The translations under genes and the position numbers were made by a program. From Balanoglossus misakiensis (taxonomy: Eukaryota > Animalia > Hemichordata), in the NCBI GenBank assembly GCA_040954595.2, contig CM082577.2, positions 15,693,903 to 15,757,902 of the forward strand: a DNA stretch of 64,000 nt, written 5' to 3'. Positions 36,863-46,600 of this stretch are shown one piece after another (position 1 is the first letter of the stretch; each line of letters starts with the position of its first letter). Under the pieces are notes generated by a model. That model did not search any database. It saw nothing but the letters and a program-made list of their open reading frames with translations, and was not told where the DNA came from.

Positions 36863-36903
36863 GTCTTTCTGGAGGATGTGTGGCCCTGAAAAGGGCCGTT
36901 TGG
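36863..36903 (-). terminator. Replication-dependent histone mRNA 3' stem-loop plus histone downstream element
   Basis: Minus strand CCAAAC GGCCCT TTTC AGGGCC ACACA TCCTC CAGAAAGAC; stem-loop 36882-36897, 53 nt after the HIRAN stop. Confidence 0.85.
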
Positions 36904-36950
36904 TTTGGTTGCGGTGTGTACCGCCAGGCGTAGACGGTGTCACCAGTAAT

Positions 36951-37342
36951 TCAGGCGATCACCGTCACATTGAAGCCCTTGCTCTCCACGAACGCCTTCA
37001 CTCTTTGTAGGTCGCCTTCTTTCAGGTGAAATCCAACATTACACACCTGAACGACGCCGCATCGCCGAGAATGAAAGAAGGGACTTTCTTTTGGTTTGAG
37101 GAAATATACGGAATTTGGAGATAGAGCCGCATCGATCACTCTTGCGAGCACTTGAGCGGCATCCCTCTTCAAATGTCCGTATATTCGCGGGCGCCTTCTT
37201 CATTGTCGACGATTGCGACGGCGTTCTGGTCGTATGGGTAGGATTTCTCCCGCAGAAGGCGATACCCAGCACCGACAGTAAGTGCACCTTTATAGCGGTG
37301 CATCCCCACTGCCAGTACTTGGTGTACGATAAGTGAAGGCAT
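36951..37342 (-). pseudogene. Intronless stand-alone HIRAN-domain protein (~130 aa) with a single frameshift near 37187
   Basis: VLAVGMHRY..YRLLREKSYPYDQNAVAIV../RIYGHLKRDAAQVLARVID fits the HIRAN pattern (L.rE..N.yD.nAv.v..Gyl.r..a..la); joins ORFs 37169-37462 and 36951-37172. Confidence 0.75.
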
Positions 37343-37429
37343 TCTCTGTATTGTGACACGATGACTTGGTGATGCATGTGATGTGTTCGCTCGCCTGCTT
37401 TTTCGGTTGTGCGGGGCTTGTAGTGTCGC

Positions 37430-37744
37430 TGTCGTCAAAACTAGTGTAGGCGCCGAAATCAAAATTTATTATTTCACAAAAGCACTGGTGAAAATTTTTC
37501 TTATTGACGCGGAAGCAAGTTTGACTCGTACTTTTTTGTTTTTAATTGACGGGATATCCCCAAACAGCGTATTTGACCCCAAAATTTACATTTGAAAAAA
37601 AAGGTCGTGATTTTCATATTAAACAAAGAGCGGGAAAAGACGTATTTCCGGGCACGTCATTGGTCAGATCGCGTTCTACATATTAACGATATGTTAATTT
37701 TTATGCTAATAAGCAACTCCTAATATGGGTCATCGATGCGACTG
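37430..37744 (-). repeat. Right TIR of the Academ-like element
   Basis: Ends ...GGGTCATCGATGCGACTG followed by CAGAA. Confidence 0.93.
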
Positions 37745-38010
37745 CAGAAAATTGACTCAAACTACCTCCGAAACCCCGGTACCTACCCAGTACCGTCCCT
37801 AAACTTCGCTAAAAAATCCCTGCGGTCCCCGAGAGTTTGCCCAGTGTCTTCTGGCCCCGACAATCCCCGATATCCCGTTTTTCCTATGCCCAGAAAAACC
37901 CCACGTCGCACCCGGACGCAATCGCTGAATTCCGGCCACACAGAAACACCACTCTCCCTCCCCCGCGTATCAAAAAAAAAAGCGTTTCCCCGCACTAGGC
38001 TCGAACACAG

Positions 38011-38023
38011 GCTCGCAGCGCCA
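38011..38023 (-). promoter_or_regulatory. Primer-binding site, probably tRNA-Ser
   Basis: TGGCGCTGCGAGC 1 nt inside the 5' LTR; resembles the complement of metazoan tRNA-Ser(CGA/TGA) 3' ends. Confidence 0.7.
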
Positions 38024-38024
38024 A

Positions 38025-38195
38025 TGTTGTGATTGCCGATGTCTCACCTGAGTGCGTCTAATCTACGGTTTCTAAAGGTCTTTTGGGAGGTCAGTCAAAG
38101 GCATGCTGCTCAATCTGAAGCATAGCAGAAAGAGAACGAACTACTTCCGCCCAGGGGTGGGTAGGGTCAGTGACGTCATGGGCAGATTCACAACA
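38025..38195 (-). repeat. 5' LTR (171 bp)
   Basis: Identical to 19782-19952; followed on the minus strand by the PBS. Confidence 0.95.
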
Positions 38196-38204
38196 ATCAC
38201 TTAC

Positions 38205-38431
38205 TTTTTCATTACCTTCTTGTCATTTTCCTTGAACTTTGTTAGCAGCAAGTCTGCATGCTCCCTGACCGCTCTGGTTGTTATTTTTTGCCTGCCATCC
38301 TCCCAACTCCAATGTGTCATTAGAGTGTTTGCAATTTCTTGCCACTCAGCTGTAGTATCAGGCCTACGTGCCACCACCTCTTTCAACAAATCAACAGACC
38401 AACGTAAAACAGTTCTCTTTGGTGCTGTCAT
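38205..38431 (-). pseudogene. Myb/SANT-like DNA-binding partner of the Harbinger-like element, exon 1
   Basis: RWSVDLLKEVV..EWQEIANTL..RAVREHADLLLTKFK; ends AA|GTAAGT and joins in phase to ag|ATCTGGT (K-S-G-T) at 19626. Confidence 0.75.
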
Positions 38432-39332
38432 CTCTTGCTGATTACACTACAATTAATAGTAAAAGATCACAGTTTGGAATGTATTATCAATCTAGTATCA
38501 GATTGCGCGCTTTGTAATCTTTTTGTAACGTTGTTATTTTTTATTGCTAGAATGACGAACCACACACAGTGAAAAGGTAGTGGTCCATGGCACACAAAAA
38601 AATACGATGGTCCCGGACCTCGCAGAAAAGATAGAAACTAAAAATCTGTCAAACACAGCTATAAATTAAACAGCATGCATAGTTAAAACAATTTAGGCTG
38701 GTGACTGTGTGTGTAATGGCTTATTTCTGCTGGTCGTGAATGTTGCTTCCGTGTTCGACCGGCGGTGGCAACAACATCCAGTGCAAAGATGCCCGCGCCC
38801 GGCCGATAGGTCGGCCGCTACGCTGGTGATGAATTTGTGTTATTTTTAGGTAAAATGTTTCAAATATCAGTCAACAAATGACACCAGTTCGTCAAGCGAT
38901 ACAAAAAGCAAGAAATAGGACCACACACTTTGAGGTTACTGTTAAAATAAAACTAAGAATTGTTCTCGGAATCGACATACGAGAGACTTACCTGTTTCAC
39001 GTACAAAACGACTGGCAGACGACAGGCGAACGTGTGATGTCATCGAATTACGGGATAGGCACGCAAAAAATGATGACGTATCCGTATACATTCCGTTCAC
39101 GTACGCAATCTTAATCTCTCCAGTATTAGGCCTACCGATTTATGTAAAAAAGTAAAATTTGGCAAAAATCACAAGTTTTCATGCAATGCCACCTTAATGG
39201 GGATGTTTTGTCTGCGCCCATGGTGTCCTGATTAAACGGCGGCGACTGTACCACGGTCACTCCACAAACTGCCTAGGGACAGGGACAGAGCAGCACTGTG
39301 GTTTACTGTACACGTAAAATGTGAAGCATACA

Positions 39333-40306
39333 CGAAACATAATTTAAAGGACTTTAATTTAAACGATCCTACGAGCCAAGTTCGCACCTGGCCGATTTCT
39401 CCCACGGACCGACTCCCCTAGATCTTGTATTCGATTTGATCGACAGCGTCATTCAAAGGTCTACAATACGTCGGCGAAATTGTCCGGATTTGTCTGCTCC
39501 GGCCGTAGTAGATACAATCTGTAAACATTGTACTGTGGATAGATAGCCATCTCATCTGTTTGTTGGATTTGTGTACTCCTGTAACGTCCTCATGTACGGG
39601 AATTGTGGGATAGCTTCATTTCCGCCGCGAAGAAAAAAATATTTTGCTTTCTGAAAATATATTTTGTCATGCATGTAAAAGAAATGCGCACGCCGAAACG
39701 CCCCCATAAGTTGTGTTACTAGAAATCAGATTAAATTTACCCCTGTAAAATAAAATTTTCACCCGGGAAAAATAATTTGTTACTTAAGAAATTTTTTTTT
39801 TTTCTTAAGCAATAAAAACATTTTGTTTTAAAAAGTTAAATAATTCCATTGAATACAGATAATTTTATCTCGATTGTTATTTAAATGTTAACTAAAATTT
39901 AACTCCGTAAAATATTCTCACCTGGGAAAAATAATTTGTTATTTTACAAAATAAACTTTTTCTTTAAAAATTAAAACATTTCTTTTTGAAAAAAAAAATC
40001 CACGTAGTATGAATAAGTTTATCTCAAGTTGTTACTGTTTATTTTGGACAAAATAAATCTTTATTAAAATATTATTCTTGGAAACAATAAAATTTGCTTT
40101 CGACAAATAAAATTTGGTTCTCTAAAATAAAATTTGTGATAAGTAAAATTAAAGTTTTACTGTCAAAATCAAAAAGTTTTGTCCATCAATATTAGTTGCC
40201 GCCACCAAAATTAAAGTTTACTTCTTGGGAAAAGATATTGTCTATCTAAAATTAAAGTTTAACTTTCAAAATAATAAATTAAAATTGACGTGTAGGGGCC
40301 ACGATA
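39333..40306 (-). repeat. Right long TIR of the IS3EU-like element
   Basis: e.g. AGTTCGCACCTGGCCGATTTCTCCCACGGACCGACTCCCCTAGATC is the reverse complement of ~13910-13956. Confidence 0.9.
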
Positions 40307-41360
40307 GTTGTCTGGCTAGGGGTCCTAAAGCATGTAATAAAGAGAATACTCTCAACTCTGTCTTTTTGGAGTCTTATCCAAGAAATTAGCAGTTGAATCT
40401 ACATTAAAATTTCTATGGGAGGGTTTTCAACAAAACTGAGACTGCTGATACTCATGGACGGAGTTGGTTTCAGAAGCAATTGGAGTCACGGTGGTTCACT
40501 ACCTGCACAGCTGAGTCCGATATATAGGCGTGATATCGCAGTGTATTACTTACAATTCCCAAGAGTGTGGCAGCGTGTACGTAAACTGTATCAAATTCAA
40601 CAATAAACCAAGTTTGCTACAACTTTGCTATGAAGGTGTTATCAGTATCGATTACAGGTCGTAAGGTCATAAACTGTGACAAGTGAATCTCTTTGTACGC
40701 GTACACCCATCAGTTATCAGGAATTATATTATACCAGTATATTGATGGTGTAAATCACGCTATTTGATTGGTCGAGACACGACACGTGACCGTGATATAT
40801 TAGCCATATACCACAGTCATATATCATAGTCAAAGAAAATGCCTTTTTAAAATGTTTTATGCAAAGTTTCAATATACTGGCATAATATAATAGCAATAAA
40901 ACACCCCCAGCCAATATGTGTTTTGTAAGTATTTGTAACACACCGATCATCCACAGCCATGTATATGAACTCACAATACACAAAGTGAGCGTGCATCTTT
41001 TTCTGGAACTGATGTCCAACGGGCAACAGCATATAAAAAAAGAACGCATACCACCTGGCTATCAATTAACGAATGAGAAAACATTCTGTGGATGAGGTAT
41101 GTTACAATGTGAAATGCTTAGTATTTGTTTTTATTCAACCAAGCCCCAGAGTGCACAGTCATCGTTATTGTTTTAAAACTGTATTCAAAGTCTGGACTTG
41201 ATTGTGTTTGTCAACAATAAAATTGATTGGTACACGTAACTTGTTGACAGACAGAAAACTGGGAATGTTGTGAAACTGTAGTGAGGACAATGGCATGCAG
41301 TTGAAACACAAATTAAAATACAAAAAAATGTGTTACTAATAGGTACAGTGTACTAGCCTT

Positions 41361-43637
41361 TTAATCATAATGACATCGGTGCGTGATAGTTTTTGATACA
41401 TGTGTAAGTGTAGCAGCAGCATAAGGTGATGTTATGCCTTTACCTTTACGTGCCATTTTCATGAGTTCTTTTTTCTCGTCATCATCTTTTTCGTCAAGCC
41501 AGGTGAATGTTTGGTTCAGCTTATTTATCAGTACAGTGGAATGATGCTTGAGTGTTGCATTTGGTTTCTGGTGACAGTCATAGTCATAGTGCCCAAAGTC
41601 ATTCTCACTGACCAGATTCTCTTTCCTCGTGTGCTCTGTGTTTTCTCGATCTTCTGCTGTTAGCTGCGTGTATTTTCCACCTGGCAAGTAATCCCCTAGT
41701 TGTTTGACGGTAATGTATTTGCTGCTGGCTGACAACACTTCCATGAATTCAGCTGTCATGATATTCATGTTGGTGGTGTGGGTGTTATCAAAAACTGAGT
41801 TGAACACTTCATCTCTCTCAGTTGCATATCTCTCTCCGAAGGTTGGCTCAATGTCAGGTGACAGAGGGCAGGTACCATCTTCACACCATTTGCTGAATGT
41901 GTCATACATGTTGGTGAACGGGACATGCAAATCCAGTACATGCATGTTACCATTTATGAGTTTCCACAAAGGGCAAGTGATGTGACTGTAGAGGATTCCA
42001 AGGGCTCTCAGTCCAGCAAGCAGTGGTGGTGATTGAATATCCGCAGCGATGGATTCCAGCAACTTATTGGACTGACGATAGCCTCCACGAAGAAAGCTGA
42101 GGATATCATGTCTGTGATGGTATACACATGCTGCTCCAAGGAACATATTATTAAACCTGTTCCCTCTGTAGTTTGGTATATATGACTTCTTACCATGTAG
42201 GTTGAGGTAAGCCAACCAATCAGCTCTACATCCGGACTTCTGATCACCACGGGGACCACATGCTGAGCATGCAGTTCGTACAATACTAAGAACAGCTGAT
42301 TCTGAACAATTCCAGAAACGAAACTCTGGTAGCGCATCTCTTCCAAGCTTACCGTTCACCATTTCTAAGGTCTTCTGGTATTCTTGCAGTGCCTTTTCTG
42401 CTTGGGAACTAAGACCCAGTAGAAAATGAGCATTGCAGTAGAAGTAATTGAGATTGATTACTTTGTCTTGAGAAGCATCTTTCAGTTGATCCTTTCTCCA
42501 TTCACTCAGTAATTCATGGTACTTTCTCATAACACTTGATCGATCACTAACAACATTGCTCATCTTTGAGATAATAGTATTCAGTGCCTCTTTGCTGTTG
42601 GCATCTAAATAGCTTGAGAGTTCTTCCAGGAGCGATTGTGTAGCCTGCAGCACACTCTCCGAGTTCTCCTCAGCTATTGGCAGGAACCCACAACTTAGTG
42701 TTTTCTTTGTATTCAAAGTAACTTCAAAGTCGAGGACCTTTTTACCATCTCTGCTAGTGCCGTCAGAATGCAGATCCCATTTAGATGATGATAATAGCTT
42801 GTCTGCAATATGTCGTTTCCCCAAAAAGTGACCTTCATCAGCCATGTAGCTAGCTGCACTTTTCTGTGGTAGATCTTCCTTTTTGAGATTCACATTAAAT
42901 ACATTTCTTGTCACAATTTCAATTACATCTGCCACTTTGTTTGATGCAACTTGTTTGGCTTGTAACTCCATCACAGTTTGCCTCACATTATCAGTGAAAG
43001 CGGCTTGCGGGTGATCACCAACTCTTGTTTTAACGTTAACAGGATCACTTTCAAGAAGTTTCTTTTCTTGTTCTCTTATTTCATCCTGTAGCTGTGCATT
43101 TTTCTGTTTCTCATGTTTTAGACTGGTTTGAAGTTCTTGTATTTTTTTCTTCTCTTTCAGTGACTGCCTGTGTACATTTGAAAGCCCTGTTTGCAGATGC
43201 TTCTTTTGCTTTCTCAGCTCAACAATTTCTTTTTTCAAGACGTTCATCTGCTTGGTAGAATTATCATGTATGCGTTTTATTTCTAGTTTTGCATGTTTCA
43301 TCCTCCGTCTTATCTTTTCTACTTTGGACTTCTGTGCCTGGTGCATTACATGAAATTTAACTTCCTGTCTCTTTAATCTTCTGTAATAGTTTGAATATTT
43401 TATCCTCTTAATTTGTCTTTCTTGCTCTTTACATTTTCTTTTCAGGCTGCTGTGTAGTTTGGCTGAGACACATTCCTTTTGCTGTTTGTAATAACTCTGG
43501 TTTTGTCCATCTATTACTTCATACAGTGCATCTTTCTCATTCTTTAGTTCATTCACTTCATCTTTCAATTCAGCATTGCATCTTCTCAAATTTCTCATCT
43601 CACCTTCAGTGTATCTTTGGTTGCATTTATGGTTATT
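41361..43637 (-). pseudogene. hAT-like DDE transposase with N-terminal coiled coil; 5' end cut by the Helentron cluster, 3' end probably truncated
   Basis: LHSDGTS, VVSDRS, YCNAH (CxxH), GNRFN, NLVSENDFG motifs; frame stays open upstream of ATG 43598 up to the cluster junction. Confidence 0.65.
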
Positions 43638-46600
43638 GGGGGCACAAGCGCCCTCAGGCGGCTTGTGCCCCCATTGGTATTGTTGGAATATTTAGGGCCC
43701 AAGCGCAAGCAAGCCCTTGGGCCCTATTGGTTTCGTTGGAATTTTTAGGGCCCAAGCGCACGCAAGCGCTTGGGCCCTATTGGTATCGTTGGAATTTTTC
43801 TTTCTTGCTGTCTTTCTTTCTTTCTTTCTTTATTCTTGTGTCAATTCTTCGGCCAACTAAATCTCTGAAACTACTGCAGGTACACTGCTCAAACTTGCTA
43901 CAGTGGTCAAGGTCTATGAGTAGATGTGCAGTGACTTGTGAATACTTAATTAGTCACGTGACCTGGCGGCCATATTGGATTTTCTGAAAAAATTCAAATC
44001 TCAGATCTCAGAAACTACAAGTCAGATCGACTTCAAATTTGGCATGCAGGTAGACTACCTTCTACCCATCATTTTTGTAATTGGAAATTTTGCTACAGTG
44101 TTGCAGTTTTTTTGCTACAATTTTTTTTCTGAAATCTGGCTTAAATTTCAAAAATCTTCTTCTCCAGAACCGGTGATAACCGAGACACGGGGTTTGGGGT
44201 ATGTGGTCACCTAACTGATGTCTATCAAGTTTGCGAAGATCATTGTGATTGGTCGAAGATTATGGCGGCCATATTGGATTTTAGAAAAACCATAGTTAAA
44301 CTCCAAAAATCTTCTTCTCCAGAACGGGCGATGACTGAGTCGCAAGATTCGGGGAGTATGGTCACTACACTGATGTCTATCAAGTTTGCAAAGAACATTG
44401 TGATTGGTCGAAGATTATGGCGGCCATATTGGATTTTGTAAAAAGCAGTGAAAAATTGAAATTCCTTCTTCTAGTCTAAAAATTGATAGCATACAAATTC
44501 TTTTTATGGATATCAATCGTCATGTGACTAAAATATGCTACAATTTTTTGGCGATTTTTCACATGACCTTTGACCTACTTATCACGCGTTATTATTTCTG
44601 CATATCTAATTCCAGGCTAACCTATAGGGCTAGACGTTTGGTTTTTGATGAATGTGGATTAGTGTGTGATCAAAATATTTTGCTACTTTTCATGACCCCT
44701 TTTGACCTCTGGTGACCTCATTAATTATGTGCATAGCTAATTACAGGCGAACCAATAGAGCTAGAGGTTTGGTTTTTGTTGGACATGGACCAGTATGGGA
44801 TCAAAATTTTTTGCCCAAATGTTGGGTGACCTCTGGTGACCTTTGATCTACTTTCGCATATCTCAGCATCCAGAGCAGATACAGCCATGGCATTTGGTAG
44901 GATGGGACCAAAATGTAAAGTCACATTTTTGGGTCACCTGTAACACCTGCTGACCTCATTAAATATGCACATACCTAATTACAGGCGAACCAATAGAGCT
45001 AGACTTTTGGTTTTTGTTGGTCATGGACCAGTATGGGTAAAAAAAATTGCCCAAATTCTGGGTGACCTCAGGTGACCTTTGACCTACTTCACCCTATTTC
45101 AGCAGCAAAAATACACACATCCTTGTTATGTCATGAGATAATACATCCGATAGAAAATTCAGTTTCATCTCATTCATACTGTGCATATATAATTCAAGAT
45201 CAGCGCTTGGGCCCGACAATGCTGCTCGCAGCTTTAATTAGGGCCCAAGCGCAAGCCAGCGCTTGGGCCCTATTGGTTTCGTTGGGGTTTTTCTGTCTTT
45301 CCTTCTTTAGGGCCCAAGCGCATACCAGCGCTTGGGCCCTATTGGTTTCGTTGGGGTTTTTAGGGCCCAAGCGCAAGCCAGCGCTTGGGCCCTATTGGTT
45401 TCGTTGGGGTTTTTTAGGGCCCAAGCGCATACCAGCGCTTGGGCCCTATTGGTTTCGTTGGGGTTTTTCTTTCTTCTTTCTTTCTTTCTTTATTCTTGTG
45501 TCAATTCTTTGTCGCTCTAGATCTCAGACACCGCTGCAGGTACACTTCTGAAACTTGCTACAGTGGTCAAGGTCAATGAGTAGTCGTGCATTGAACCTGT
45601 GAATTTTTAATTAGTCACGTGACCTGGCGGCCATATTGGATTTTCTGAAAAAATGCAAATCTCAGATCTCAGAAACTACAAGTCAGATCGACTTCAAATT
45701 TGGTGTGCAGGTAGTCTACCTTCTACCCATCATTTTTGTAATTGGATATTTTGCTGTAAATGTTGCAGTTTTTTTGCTACAATTTTTTTTTCTGAAATCT
45801 GGCTTAAATTTCAAAAATCTTCTTCTCCAGAACCGGTGATAACTGAGTCACGCGGTTTGGGGTATGTGGTCACCTAACTGATGTCTATCAAGTTTGCGAA
45901 GATCATTGTGATTGGTCGAAGATTATGGCGGCCATATTGGATTTTCGAAAAACCATAGTAAAACTTCAAAAATCTTCTTCTCAAGAACGAGCGATAACCG
46001 AGTCACAAGATTTTGTGTGTGTGGTCATTAAACAGGTGTCTATCAAATTTGCGAAGGGGAATGTGATTGGTCGAAGATTATGGCGGCCATATTGGATTTT
46101 GTGAAAAACGATTAAAAAGTAAAAATTCCTTTTCTAGCCTAAAAATTGATAGCACAGAAATTCTTTTTATGGATATGAATCATCATATGACAAGAATAAG
46201 CTATAAATATTTTGGTAATTTTGGCAATGACCTTTGACCTACTTTTGACGCATCATTTTTCTGCATATCTAATTCCAGGCTTACCAATAGGGCTATAAGT
46301 TTGGTTTTTGATGTATGTGGATTTGTATGTGATCAAAAAATGTTGCTACTTTTCATGACCCCTTTGACCTCTGGTGACCTCATTAAATATGCGCATACCT
46401 AATTAATGATGAACCAATAGACCTAGAGGTTTTGTTTTTGTTATACATGGACCAGTATGGGGTCAAAATATTTTGCCCAAATGTTGGGTGACCTCGGGTG
46501 ACCTTTGACCTACTTTTGCATATCTCGACATCCACAGCAGATACAACCTTGGCGTTTGGAGGTATGGGGCCATAATGAAAAGCCAAAGTTTTGGGTCACC

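Larger units (their letters stand above)
25973..37744 (+). mobile_element. Long-TIR DDE DNA transposon, Academ-like, with transposase and convergent HIRAN gene; hosts the Ngaro element
   Basis: ~320-bp TIRs starting CAGTCGCATCGATGACCC; 5-bp TSD CAGAA (25968-25972, 37745-37749); the superfamily label is tentative. Confidence 0.85.
19782..38195 (-). mobile_element. Non-autonomous Gypsy-type LTR element (gag plus protease only) in intron 1 of the Myb-like gene
   Basis: Identical 171-bp TG..CA LTRs, 4-bp TSD ATCA (19778-19781, 38196-38199), PBS and PPT on the minus strand. Confidence 0.93.
14358..39193 (+). mobile_element. PIF/Harbinger-like two-gene DNA transposon flanked by TTAA
   Basis: 17-bp TIR GGTGGCATTGCATGAAA at both ends, TTAA at 14354-14357 and 39194-39197; encloses convergent HARBI1-like nuclease and Myb/SANT-like genes. 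Confidence 0.85.
13124..40306. mobile_element. Non-autonomous long-TIR DNA transposon, IS3EU-like; outermost shell of the nest
   Basis: ~0.9-kb inverted repeats, termini TACGATGGCCCC / GGGGCCACGATA, 6-bp TSD GTTGTC (13118-13123, 40307-40312); TAY..RTA ends with a 6-bp TSD match IS3EU; no own ORF seen. Confidence 0.75.

Noticed and set aside
36863-37460. A histone gene or pseudogene explaining the stem-loop
   Set aside because: No histone-like translation seen upstream; the adjacent ORF is HIRAN-like
13124-40306. Polinton/Maverick (long TIRs, 6-bp TSD, 27 kb)
   Set aside because: No polB, integrase, ATPase or capsid; termini are TA not AG; the size is explained by nested inserts
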